From NCBI RefSeq assembly GCF_016433145.1, contig NC_058132.1, forward strand, positions 100,304,847-100,368,846: 64,000 bases of DNA, given 5' to 3'. The translations under genes were made by a program, and so were the position numbers. Under the pieces are notes generated by a model, which had not been told where the DNA came from, made no database searches, and was given only the letters and a program-made list of their open reading frames with translations. Below are positions 43,100-56,086 of the stretch, piece after piece. The stretch's first letter is position 1, and the number at the start of each line of letters is the position of its first letter. The DNA comes from Gracilinanus agilis (taxonomy: Eukaryota).

Positions 43100-43900
43100 C
43101 AGCTGTCTGTTGCTTTTGCAGCCAGGGTGGGGCTACACAGTAGGGTCGTAGGGCTCCCAAATGTGCGGGAAATCCGCTCTCCCGGGTTCTTTGCTGCGGG
43201 GAGATGTAGAATAAAACAAGGATTCCCTGGCACCTCTCCTAAGCCCTCACCACCTCCTAGTTGCAGATACAAAGGACTGCACCCGGTGCTGCACCACCTA
43301 GCCTGGAGCTCAGGGAGGTGCGCACAGCGGCAGCCAAAGCGGCTCCCAGCCCCTACTTAGGACTTGGAGGGACCGGTGGGCCTGGCTCACAACCAAATTC
43401 TTCATTCCCCCTCCCCACTCCCACGTCTAACCCCAGTCTTTCCCCAGGTTTTCTCGACATCTCAGCGCCAGGAAACCTTCCGCCTTCTCCCAAGTCCCTT
43501 AAACTTGAATCTCGGGAGCAAGACGCGCGGGAGAAAAAAAAAAACAAAACTGCACGAGGCTCTTTTGTAGGAAACCTCAAGTGAGCCAAGGCCTGAAGAA
43601 CACGGAAAAAAGAGCAGTATCTACAGAAAAACATCCCAAAACAACAGAGTGCAGCAGGAATGCCAGAAAAAGGAAAAGCGATCCCAGACCGGAGTACTTA
43701 AAGGCTCGGGGCGTGGGCGGGGCAGCCTCATTCCCAGGATTGAGCGCAGCCTCGTTCTCAAACCAAGGCAGAACTATCCACCAATGAGAAGTGTCCTTCT
43801 CAGATCAACGTCCAGCCTCCTTTCCAGAACGGTCTCCTTCCACGAACTCTTACCTATATCAAGCAAGAAGACGCGTCCTGGTGAAAAGGGTTAGTTGTCC
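43100..43900 (-). promoter_or_regulatory. CpG/GC-rich candidate GDPD4 promoter with candidate non-coding exons (donors at 43251/43250 and 43854/43853)
   Basis: Only CpG-dense non-TE segment upstream of the GDPD4 exon. Double GC box ggggcgtgggcggggc at 43708-43723, TGCGCA at 43319, minus-strand donors GTG|GTGAGG and TAG|GTAAGA. Confidence 0.6.
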
Positions 43901-44269
43901 TGCAAGTTGTATTTGAAAATTTTATTTATTTTTAACCCAGTTGTAAGACTTTACATTTGTTCACATGTATTCAATTCCACTTAACGATCTTTCAACAAGC
44001 ATTTTATTATTATTATTTACCATATGCCAGGCATTGTGCTAACTTTTGAGAATTAGTTCAGAAACATTTTGTACAGTAAGTGTCCCTGACTAGGGTCCAT
44101 AAACATTTTTTTCAATATTTGATAATTTTTTTAAAGTTTTAAAACTTATTTACATATTTTAAAAACGCATTCCATTAAGAAAATCATGTGAACAACAACA
44201 ACAAAAAAGCAAGCATTGATTAATTGCATTTTACAGTTCTTCAAGACCTTGGTACAACTACATTTTACT

Positions 44270-44620
44270 CTTGCTGTAAGGACCCCCCAGTCCTTCACCG
44301 GATCTCAGCTCAGAGTCTTTTCTCTAGCTATCCTCCTACCCTGAAATGTTCTCCCTCTTCATCACCACCTCCTGGTTTCCTTGAAATCTAAATTTAAACC
44401 TCGCTTTCTATAGGAATCCTTTCCCAAACCTCTTAATTCTAGTGCTTCCCCTCTCTTATTTCCTATTTTTCTGTATAGTTTGAACAAAATTGTTTGCTTG
44501 TTGTCTTCCCGGTTATATTATGAGTTTCTTGAGAACAGAGACTTTCTTTTCTCTTTTTGTATCCCGGCACTTATAACACTGCAAGGCACATACAAGGTGC
44601 TTAAAAAATATGTATTGACT
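44270..44620 (+). mobile_element. L2 3' end
   Basis: cctgaaatgttctccct...ttatgagtttcttgagaacagagact...tgtatccc.gcactta...gtgcttaaaaaatatgtattgactga. Confidence 0.8.
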
Positions 44621-45041
44621 GACCAACATGCAACCTTTTTTTATGCCACCAAGTTTCCCCCAACCCCTCCCTTACAGTTCATGCACCCCTGGAAATCTAT
44701 CTATAGATCTCAGAGAACACCAGGCTAATAATCCATGATGTAGACAAACCAATCTTTTAAATAGGCATCCTAGAGTTTTTCCAGGCACTGAAATCAACTA
44801 TTCAGGTTTCATTCTCTTTTCTGACATTTGGGATATCACCTGTTATCCTTCAGTCCTGTGGTACCTCTCCCACCCTCCATGATCTTCAGTTGACAGTGAC
44901 TTTCAGTACCCTGGCATGTAGATCATCAAGATCTGTTGAATGGAACTCATCAGATTCACTGAGTTGGTTTACCATCAGAACATAAGCTCCTTACAATTTA
45001 GGGATTGTTTCATGATTTACTAGTGTCCTCACCACCTAGCA

Positions 45042-45239
45042 CAGTGATTCCCAAAGTGGGTGCTGCTGACCCCTAATGGGTGCGGCAGTGATCCAGGGGG
45101 GGGAGCAGTGATGGCCACAGGTGCATTTATCTTTTCTATTAATTGCTATTAAAATTTTTAAAAATTAATTTCCAGGGGGCTAAGTAATATTTTTTTTCTG
45201 GAAAGGGGGCAGTAGGTCAAAAAAGTTTGGGAACCACTG
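45042..45239 (+). mobile_element. hAT MITE, copy 2
   Basis: Same sequence family as 25959; 8-bp TSD ACCTAGCA. Confidence 0.95.
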
Positions 45240-45309
45240 ACCTAGCACAATTCTTAGTATATAGCTGGTGCTTAATAACTTCTTGTTGATTGATTATTTA
45301 GGTTTCAGC

Positions 45310-47177
45310 TGTGAAAGGGAATTTAAACTCCCTTTGTTCTTTTTAACTTAATTAATAAGGCACTTGAAGATCCTTTTACAAGAAAGCTCACACCCTCAGA
45401 GAAAGGAAGTTCACACCCTCAAGAAACAGGAAGTGGATCCCATAGGCACTGCCCCAGGCAAATTAAGAAACTATGATTGGTTCCTAAGATATGTGTGTGT
45501 GTGTGTGTGTATGTGTGTGTGTGTGTGTGTGTACACACTGGGGACTGATGGATGGAGAAAACTGCATATAAGGGGGAGCCTCTGGGACCTCTGAGGTCTT
45601 TTGCAGCTTAACCTCATGTGGGTGTTAAAGGTATTTTGTTTGGCTCAATCTGGTGAGGCCTGGTGTGCCTTGGAGACTCTTTTGCAGCTCAGCCTCTTGG
45701 GTGTCAGTCTTTTGCTTTGGTGATATGCTAGGCTGGAGACACTCTCCTGGGCTGGTGAGACTCTTGCTGAACAGACTACTGCTACTCCTGGTTGGAGATT
45801 GGGGGAGCCTTTGTCGGAGTCAAGATTCACAATTATAAGTGTTTAGCTAGACAATTCCCTAACTCCTTCCTACATTTCCCTCTCTTTACTATCTCTACTT
45901 TGGATACTTAAATGGGAGGTGGAACATTGGGGAGAGCAGTTAGGGAGAGCAGCAGCAAGATAGCTAATGCTGCTCCCTTAACCCTGAGAAGCTTTCAGAG
46001 CCTACTAAAGGGAAAATCCCAGCAAGGGACTCTGCCCACAGCCTGTGCTCTCCACCCAAGCCTTTTGCCCTCCCAGGTCAGGGAAGGGAAGCTACTCCCT
46101 GCCCACAGGTCCAAGGAAGCCTGACAGCAGGCTTTTTACCCCTGGGGGGGAGGGGAAGAGAGAGAACTCGTCACACCCTCTCAGCTAAACTCAGGCTATA
46201 CCCTGAGGGGTTTTACCTATAAGAAAGTGTATTTTATTTTGCCTTAAATTAAAAAGCCTTTGCTTTTTCTTGTTTTTCCTCCCAAATTTGTCCTCGGGCT
46301 AAGGCTAGCAAATGAGGGAGTGTCTGTACCAGCCCAGATTTTTTCTCTTATGTCTTTAGAACACCCCACCCTCTAGCCTTGTGAGACCCTAACTCTTAGC
46401 CAGTTTGCACAAGGGTAGTGCCATCTACAGACAGGAACTAGAACTGCAGGCAATTTAATTAAATTTTAAAAATAAATAGAATAAGGATGGTGCTGAAAAG
46501 CATGGCCCACACTGGGAAAGAGCAGTTTCCTGCCTATCTCAAATAGCTCCCATTCCCAGAGAGCATTACTAGCATTACCTTGCAGTTTATTCCCCACCAA
46601 GATAAAACAATGGGAAGATAGCTTGATTGATCTCAAGTCTCAGAAGGTAAATTCATCTCCTTAAAACCCCTCATTCTCTAAGCCTACTTAGTCTCTGACC
46701 CTTCTCTGGCCCTGTCCAAACCATCTCTCCCACTACCTGACCCATCCTGATTTCCCTCCCTCCCTCCATGATGATGAACCTAATAAACAGAGGTCAGGAC
46801 TCTACTGCTGCCCTTCCTGAGGTCACAAGCTGGATAAAGCCAGGGGGCTGGGCTGGCACTGGGGGCCTCCCTTCCCACCAGTGCCAGGAAGTTCAAGCCT
46901 TCCTCAGCCTTCTGGAGGCACTTGGATGCGGACTTAGGGTATTTAACTAGACAATATTCTCTATCTCCTTCCTACATTTCCCTCTCTTTATTATCTCTAC
47001 TTTGCTGTAATAAAGCTACTAAAGCTACTAACAGATTCATAGTTTAATTTTTAATTATTATAAATTATATAAATATTATAAATATTTATACTTAAATAAA
47101 GATATAAACTAAAATATATAAATATTATGAATTATAATTATTATAAGCAGTGACCACAACTTTTTTTAACTCTTACA
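45310..47177 (+). mobile_element. Composite of LTR-like segments: two related partial LTRs (about 45310-45905 and 46750-47177) with unassigned sequence between
   Basis: tgtgaaaggga start; block ctagacaat...ccttcctacatttccctctcttta.tatctctacttt repeated at about 45847 and 46947; ...ctcttaca end. Confidence 0.6.
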
Positions 47178-47289
47178 ATTTGGCACAACACCCTTTTAAA
47201 TTATTAAACAACATCCTATTAGCTATTTTTATACTGTCCTTTTTAGTTCAAGGATCTTTCTTGACAAGAAGATGGCATAGAATTATAGA

Positions 47290-47450
47290 ATCTTAGAGGT
47301 CACAGTTAGTACAACTAATACTTATTCAAAAGGAACTCCTTCTTAAAACATCCCCAACAAGTAATCATCTGTTTGAAATTCTCTAACAACATGGAGTCTA
47401 CTACCCTCCAAGGTAACCTATTCCACTTTTGGACAGCAAACTGTAATGAA
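47290..47450 (-). mobile_element. CR1/L3 3' fragment
   Basis: ctactaccctccaaggtaacctattccacttttggacagc is the reverse of the L3 3' end. Confidence 0.7.
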
Positions 47451-47930
47451 CTTGTTTGTTTGTTTGTTTGTTTGTTTGTTTTCTCAAAAAAATCGTCAAC
47501 AAGCATTTATTAGGCACCTAGTAGGTGTCTGAAACTGTGCTAAGCACCAGGGACACAGTAGAACAAGAGACTGTTCTGGGCTTCAAGGAGCTCACAATTT
47601 AATGAAGGAAAACAACTCACAAAAGGAAAGGGTGCAAGGATTAGGAGAGGGGAAAGATATCAGCACCCAGATACCATCATAATGGAGCTCAGCTTAAAGG
47701 AGTATAGCCAGGTGGGAAATGAAGAGATGGCCAGCCTTTAAATGGAGGTTTTTGGAGGAATTCTTTGCTCTGTCCTCCAATGAGAGGGGCAAAAGTTATT
47801 AAGGATACTGAGGAGATTTGAGGACCAAAGGTGATATAGTATGCATAATGATGAATTTCCTGATGATGAGGTTCCTGGGAGACATGATCATGATGAAGTC
47901 CAATCCAAAAGGATGTAGCCACATAGGAAG

Positions 47931-48643
47931 TGTGGAAGGCTGTTTTTTATTCCCTTCATCTATTTTAAATTAATCAATCAAGAACTAAAAGTACCCCTAC
48001 TTAACACTTAGTAAGTACTAAGTAAGAGAGTTCACAAGTCACTTACTAGGAAAAAAAAGTTCATACCCCCAAAGGTTACAAGCACTGACCCCCCCTTGGG
48101 CAGTGCTAAGCAAATTGGGAGGCTGTGGGTTTCTGTGAAGTGAGAGAGAGACAGGAAGTGATGTGGGGAAAGAGCTATAAAAGGTGAGATGGAGGAAAAG
48201 AATTTTTTCTACCTTGGCTCCTTGGTGAGGACTTTCTCTCTCAAATGGCTCTTAGGTGGGACACTCTTTTCAGCAGTGAGCTCTGGTGAAGACTCTTGGT
48301 AGTCTTGGTCTTGTGTGTGCTGAAGGTTCTTGATGGTTTTTCAGTGTCTCCTGGCTCTTCAGATTTCAGCTTCCTGATAAGGACCTTGGATTCTGGTAAG
48401 ATTCACTTTTGGATTCAAATTCACAGTCTGGAGGCACTAGGATGAGGACTTCAGGTATTTGTAGCAAGGAGATTTTTTTCTACCTTTTCCCTATATTTCC
48501 CACTTTAATATCTCTACCTTGCTATGAATAAAAACTGCTAACAGTCATTTTGACTTAAGAAGTTAATTATTTTTTTTATAAATGGAGACCACAACAATAA
48601 TTTTTTAATTCTTATATTTGTCAAACCCATTTTAATTGTTACA
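47931..48643 (+). mobile_element. Solo LTR
   Basis: TG...ACA ends, TATA-like gctataaaagg at about 48174, aataaaa at about 48527, approximate TSD GAAG/GTAG. Confidence 0.75.
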
Positions 48644-48649
48644 GTAGTG

Positions 48650-51600
48650 AATTTTCTCATAAGTTAAAATTAGTTTCCTTGTCATTTCACTCTATTGTGT
48701 AGTCATGCAAAACACATTTCCATACTAGTCATGTTGTGAAAAAAAACATGAAGAAAATAAAATAAAAAATAGTATGCTTGGATCTGCATTCAGACTCCAT
48801 CCATTCTTTCCTTGAATGGTATTTTTCATTATAAACCCTTCAGAATAGTTTTGGATCTTTGTATTACTGAGAATAGTTGTCAGTTATAGTTGTTCATCAT
48901 ATGATATTGCTATTACTGTCTACAGTGTTCCCCTGGTTCTGCTTACTTCACTTTGCATGAGTTCATGCTACTTAGAAACTTTTAAAAGTATCTATTTTTT
49001 GAAATTTTTATTTTATTTTTCCCCAATTACACGCAAAAAGTTTCCAACATTTTTCAAAGAATATTGAGTTTCCAATTCTCTCCTTTCCTCCCTCTTTAGC
49101 CCACTAACCTCACCTTGAGATGGAAAGCAATCTCATATAGATTTTGTATGTGCAATCATGTAAAACATTTTTCCATATTCTTTTATGGAAGGAAACTTGA
49201 ATTAAAAATTTAAGAAAGAAAGTGGAAAAAAATTGTTTTGGTCTTGATTCAGACTATCATTTTCCCCCTTCTGGAAACAGATGGCATTTTTTTTATCATG
49301 AGTCCTTTGGCATCATTTTGGATCATTGAATTGCTGAGAATACTTAAGTTATGCATAGCTGTTCATTGTATATACAATATTCTTGTCACTGTGTACAATG
49401 TTCCCTTAGTTCTACTTAGTTCACTCAACTTCAGTTCCTGTAAGTCTTTGCTGGTATTTCTGAGCTCTTCTTGCTTGTCATTTCTTCCAGCATAATAGTA
49501 TTTCATTATAATCATATACTATAGCTTACTCAGCCATTCCCCAATTGATGGCTATCCCCTCATTTTCCAATTCTTTGCTCCCACAAAAAGAGCCACTTTA
49601 AATATTTTTGTACATATAGATCCTTCCCCTTTTTGTTTTTTATTTCTTTGGGATACAAACCTAGTAATATCTGTTTTGTAACCCTTTGAACATAGGTCCA
49701 AATATTTGTCCAGAGTGATTGAATCGCCACTCCTCCAATGGTGCATTCCTGTCTCAATTTTCCCTCCTCCCATTCAAGTTTTGTCATTTTCCTTTTCTGT
49801 CATAATAGCCAGTCATAGATGTAGGGTGGTACCTCAGAGTTGTTTTAATTTGTATTTCTTTAATAGTGACATGGAGCATTTTTTGCAAGTCTAAAGAGAG
49901 CTTTAATTATTTTGTCTGAGAATTGCATGTTCATATCCTTTGATTATTTATCATTTGAGGAATGACTTGTTTTCTTATACATTTAACACATTTCTCTAAG
50001 TATTTGAGAAAGGAAACATTTATTAGAGAGACTTATAAAAAAATTGCACCATTATGATGCTGTGTATTATTCTTCATCCTATTTCCTCCTGTTTAGTTTC
50101 TGACCACCACCTCTCCCAATTTGCCCTTTTTTTCTATCAACCTCACCTCCCTTCTCTTATCCCCTTCCCCTCCTACTTTCCTATAGGGTAAGATAGATTT
50201 CTATAACCTATTGATTGTGTATGTTCTTCCTTCATTGAACCAATTCTGATGAGAATAAGTATCACATGTTTCCCTTCTCACCTCCCCCATCTTCCCCTTC
50301 ACTGTAAAAGCTCTTTCACGCCTCTTTTATGTAAGATAATTTACCCCATTCTATTTTTCTCTTCCCCTTCCTCCCACTGCATTCCTCTTTCTCATGCCTT
50401 AGTTTTATTTTTTTTATATCATCCCATAATATTCAACTCATACCCTTGTCCTTTATCTATGTATACTCCCTCTGCCCTAATAATGATAAAGTTCTTTGGA
50501 GTTATAAGAATCATCTCTCCATTTAAGGATGTACACAGTTTAACCTTATTGAATGTCTTTTCATGTTTTTCCTGTTTACCTTTTTATACTTCTCTTTAGT
50601 CTTATATCTGAGAGCCAAATTTTCTATTCAGTTCTGTTTTTTCATCAGAAATGTTTGAAAGTCTTCTATTTCATTGAATATCCAATTTTTCCTCTGAAGG
50701 ATTATGCTCAGTTTTGCTGAGTAAGTGATTCTTTGCTGAAGTCCTAGCTCTTTTGCCTTCTAGAATATCATAGTCCAGACTCTCTACTCATTTAATGTAG
50801 AAGTTGCTAATTCTTGTGTTATCCTGACTGTGGCTCCACGATATTTGATTTTTTTTTTTTTGGCTACTTCAATATTTTCTCCTTGATCTGGAAGTTCTGG
50901 AATTTGGCTATAATATTCCTGGAAGTTATCCTTTTGGGGCCTCTTTCAGGAGGCAATTGGTGGATTCTTTCCATTCCTATTTTATTCTCTGGCTCTAGAA
51001 TATCAGAGAAGTTTTTCTTGATAATTTCTTGAAATATAATGTTTAAGCTATTTTTTTGATCATGACTTTCAGGCAGTCCAATTATTCTTAGATTATCTCT
51101 CCTGGATTTATTTTCAAGGTCAGTTGTTTTTCTAATGAGATATTTTACATGTTCTTCTATTTTTCATTCTTTTGACTTTGATTGTTTCTTGATGTCTCAT
51201 GGAGTCATTAGCTTCCCAACTCTAATTTTTAATTCCTCAAATGAGCTTTTGTACTTCATTTTCTGTTTGGCTAATTCTACTTTGAAAAGAGTTCTTTTCC
51301 TCATGGAATTTTCATACCTCTTTTTCCATATGGTCAATTATGCCTTTTACAAAGTTCTTCTCTTTAGTGCATTTTTGTATATCTTTTTCCATTTGGCCAA
51401 TTCTACTTTTTAAGAAGTTCTTCTCTTCATTGGATTTTTGTGCTTTTTTAACCAGTTGATCTATCCTGTTTTTTAAGATGTTAATTTGTTAATTTATTTT
51501 TTGTGCCTCCTCTTCCAACCTATTGGCTCTTTTTTTCATGATTTCCCTGTATCATTCTCATTTCTTTTCCCAATTTTTCTTCTACCTCTCTTATTTGATT

Positions 51601-52450
51601 TTTAAAATCCTTTTAAAACTCCTCTTCTACTTCTTTTGGGGCTTGAGAGCAATTCATATTTTTTTCTTGGAGGTTTTGGGTGCAGCAATACTCACATTTT
51701 TGTCTTTTTTTGAGTTTGTGTTTTGGTCTTCCCTGTCACCAAATTTTCTGCGTTGAGTTTCTTTTGTTTTTGTTGTTGTTTGCTCATTTTCCAGACTTTT
51801 TATTTTCTTTTCATCAAAAAAACAACTGTTTATATTGAGCTCTGTAACTGTGGTGAAGGGAGCACTATTCCAAGCTTCAGGTTCTTTGTGCAGCTACCTT
51901 CAGAGCCAGCTCTGTGGGTATTTTCAGTTCTTCCAAGGTGGTATGATATAAGGAGAGGTGTGTTTAATATTATCCCAGCCTATCCTCTGTTCTGTGAGTA
52001 ACCCCAAGCACTCTTTTCTGCCTTGGAACTATGACCAGAATTCCCTTCTTCCCTGAGCCACAAGTGCTGGTATGTGCTAGTGCTTCTTCTCATCCTAAAA
52101 CCTCATTCCAGAACTGTGATTTGGATCTGTGCATGGACAATGGAACAAGAGTCTTGTACCCAAAGCCAGCAGAAGAACCCCTGTAGTCTCCCTCTGAGCA
52201 GTTGTCTGACTCCCCCTTACCATTTGTGGCTGAGAGTTCTGGAAGACTTTATTGCTACTTCACCTGTGTCCAAGGCCTGTTGCTGTAGTGGAGCCAGCCT
52301 TGGCACACTGTTTGCCACCATTAACCCAGTGCACTAGATCCCTTTTGCCAACCTTCTAAGTTATTTTTGCCAAAAAATTATTTCACCTTGTCTTTTCGTG
52401 GGTTATGCTGCTCCAGAATTTGTTCTGAGACATTCTATCACTGATTTTTG
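48650..52450 (-). mobile_element. L1-derived element: 5'UTR, ORF1, spacer, then only the ORF2 C-terminus and 3'UTR (HAL1-like or internally deleted)
   Basis: ORF1 end WIFNEIEDFQTFLMKK at about 50620-50680; ORF2 C-terminal ICTKIFKVALFVGAKNWK at about 49560-49620; no EN or RT region between. Confidence 0.8.
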
Positions 52451-53699
52451 GAGGGTAATTTGCTAGAGATCAGATGGGTGTATGTAATAGCTCCACCATC
52501 TCAGCTTTGTCCCCCAACAAGCATTTGTTAAGGATATATGTCAGGCACTATACGTGCCTAGGTGTTGTTTATGTCAAAGTTCTCTCATCAGCCCTTGAGG
52601 GCAGGGATTGTTTTCCTTTGGTCCTGGTAATGCTCCACTTAGGAGGCTCATCATCAAAGCCATAGATTAGATAAGTGGTCCAGATGCAGTCTTCTGAGTT
52701 CCAAAATGTATCCTTAAAACACTTTCTCTTAATCCTGCCAGCCTATCAAGCTTTTGTACTATTTCCCTCCTTCCTTTTATGGTCAAATTTCAAAAAAAAA
52801 ATCTATCCACTTTCATTGCCCACCCTGGCTCAATTCCCTCTTAGTTCTCAAAGGATTATACCTCAGCATGCAAGGAACTGAGCAGAATATGGCAGAGGGT
52901 CAACTAAAACTACTCAAACAGATTCAGAGAGTCTAAGAGCTTGAAGGACAATGATAATAGCTCATGTTGACTCCTCAAAATGAGAAAGGTCAGGATGAAT
53001 CCCTGAGATTAACTAACTTTAATGTTCTCAAATTCTTTTTTTTTTCTAATTCTTCTTTTTTTTTAGAAAAACCATTTTATTCAGCGAGTTAGCTATGACG
53101 GACTAGGAGTCAGGAGCCCTGGGCCTGCTAGTTACTAGCTGTGTGGCCACTGGTACTTTCCCTTGCTGAGTCTCAATTTCTTCATCTTAAAGTAGGGTTG
53201 TGAGGGACAAATATGACAACCAATCAACCAGCTATATTATGTATTGAATTTTATTAAATGCCTTCTGTGTACTGGCTATGAAAATGTCTTCATTCATTCA
53301 TGTTGCCCCAACACATTTTAAAACAAACTTTAAAGGTCTATAGAGTCAGCCAAGATTATTTGGTCCCCTGAACCATGTTCCCTGGATCTTAGTGGAAGAG
53401 CAGCTCTAAAAGCCCTGTTCTGTGGGAGGCAGGAAGAGAAGTTTGACGTCATATATGCCTTGTTGCTTGTGGTCATAACCTGTGAATGGAAGTAGTACCA
53501 AGAGAATAGCTAATGCAGCCCATCTCTGGTGCATACTCTTTCTTCTCCAGATTTTACTGCTCTCTCTTGATTGTTTCTTCACTTCTTTGGCAACATAATT
53601 AGAGGGAGGCAGAGAAGTACACTGGGAAGAATGATGGTGAGGACCTAGAATTAATTAACCTAATCTCTGTGGGTCTCACTTTTTCTTCTCTTTAGTGTA

Positions 53700-54660
53700 T
53701 TTTTTACTATCTTTTTCCATCTGTGATTTTATTTCCTGCCCTTCACATGAATGTACCTCAGGCTGCCCTAGACCCTCTACTTTCAGTGATCTCATCCACG
53801 CCCATGGGTTCAATTTTTATACCTAAACAAATAACTCTCATCTCTATATAACCATTGAAGTCTCTTATGAGTTCTGGTTCTCTCCCACAAGCTGCCTGTT
53901 TGGACATTTCCACCTGGACATTCCATCAGCATTGCAAAGTCAACATGTCCAAAACAGAATTCATTCATTTTTTTCCTGAAAAATGTATCCCCTCTAATGA
54001 ATTATAATTCCATTGCAGTTAATACCATTCATCTAGTTACCCAAGTTTGCAACTTCAGCGACATCCTCAAGTCTTCGCTCTTCCTATCTCCTTCACATAA
54101 ATCAGGTGCCAAGTCTTACTAATTTTACCTCCTCAGCCTATCTCACATCCGCTCCCTCTCTCCACTCAGGTAGCCCCTACTCTAGTTCAGGACCTCATCA
54201 TCTCTTGCCCAAACTATTGTAACAGTCTCCTTAATTGGTTTCTCTCATCCTTCAATCTGTTCTCCACATAATTGCAAAAACAAAAACAAAACCTCCTAAT
54301 GCACCTGTTTGACCTTGTCTCTGCTTAAGAATCTTCAGAGGCTCCCTATCACCTCTAGGATAAAAATACAAACTCTTCAGTTTGGCATTGAAAGATCTTC
54401 TGGCTTCCAGTCGACCAATTTTTCCACAATGCTCTCCATCACACATTCTGTTCCAGCCCAGAGGGATTAGGAACTGTTTACCAAACTCAGGATTCTGTCT
54501 CCAAATCCATGGTTTTGAACAGGCTATCCTGCATGTCTAAAATGTGGCTTCTTCCCTCCTACTCTTTGACTACCCCACCTCGCCGGGGTCCTTAAAGGTT
54601 CAGTGCAGAGACTGCCTCCTGTAGAAAGCTGTCTCCGTCCTCAAATCATTTGAAAATTTA
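53700..54660 (+). mobile_element. L2 RT C-terminus/3' region
   Basis: gtgatctcatccacgcccatgggttcaat...ggacatttccacctgg...aaagtcaacatgtccaaaacagaa (DLIH.HGFN...LDISTW...K.NMSKTE). Confidence 0.85.
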
Positions 54661-56086
54661 TGTACATCTGCAGATTTTAGTAAGACTAGGTCCTTTGAGG
54701 ACATGGGCTAGGATGATTTTTTTAAAATTGTAAATTCTGAAATTAACATAAAATAAAGCACACACTTCCAAATTCAGAGTAGACCAGAAGATTATAAATG
54801 AAAGTACAAACCTCTATGATTTAGAGCTTGCTTTTTTTCTAAGTATATAATAAATTCAACCCAATTTTTTCTTCTTTCCTCCCTTCCTTTTTTCTTTCCT
54901 CTTTCCTTGCCTTGTCTTAGAAGCTATACTTAGTGTTATTTCCAAGGCAGAAGAGCAATAAGGACTAGACAATTGGATTTAAATGATTTACCTAGTAACC
55001 TTAGCCACTAGCAAGTATTTGAGCTCAAATTTGAACTCAGGACCTCCTTTTCCCAGATCTGGTGCTCAATCCACTGAGCCACTTGGCTAGCCTGTTACCA
55101 CATAATTTTCAGAGTTGTCCAGTCTGTGATTCCTTCTAGCTTTCCTTTTTCTTTTTAAAAAAATGTTTCAATGACTCTCATGATCCCCTTTTCTCCAGTG
55201 CCCCCATCCCCAGAATATTCCACATAGAAAGAGGGCCTTAAAATGAAATTGAAAGTGTCAAGAGGCAAGACTGGAATTGTCTAAAAACTGCACTCAACCA
55301 GCAGGTGGCACCTTGACTGCATTAATGATACTACGTATTCCCTTGGATTGACCCACATATGGAATAGTAGAAAGAATCTTGGACTGGAAATCAGGAAACT
55401 TGCATTCAAGGTCAGTTCCTGATTCTGGCCTTGTGACCTCAGCCATCCCCTCAGTCTCTCCTCCCACTACAAAATGGGAATACCTGTTCTGCCATCTAGA
55501 GGCTGCAAGGACGCTCAGTGGGTAGAGAGAGCAGCAGAGCTGAAATTAGTATAGACCTGAGTTCCAATTCAGCTTCAAACACTTATTACCTGTTTTACCC
55601 TGGGCAAGTCACTTAGCTTGTTTCCCCATTTACAAAATGGGGATAATAGCACCCACCTCCCAGGGTTGTTGTGAAGATCAAATGAGATAATATGTGTAAA
55701 GTGCTTAGCAGAGTGCCTGGCACATGGCAAGTGCTATATAAATGTTAGCTATTATCATTATTGCAAAGCATTTAGCACACTGTTTGGGACATAGTAAATG
55801 TGATATTGTAAAGCTAGGAAATAGCAGAACAGAAATTCAAACTCAAGATTTTTAATTCTCTGCCCCATGTTCTTTAACTACGTCAGAAACCCATTAATCG
55901 AGTCCAAAGATTAGCAAACTATGGCCCATGGGCCAAATCAGCCTGAGCTAATAAGGAATCCCCCTCCCACACTTTTTAAAAATCGTACCTTCCATCTTAG
56001 AAACAATCCTACATCTTGGTTCCAAGGCAGAAGAGTGGTAAAGGCTAGGCGATGGGGGCTAAGTGACTTAACTTGCTCAGAGTCAC

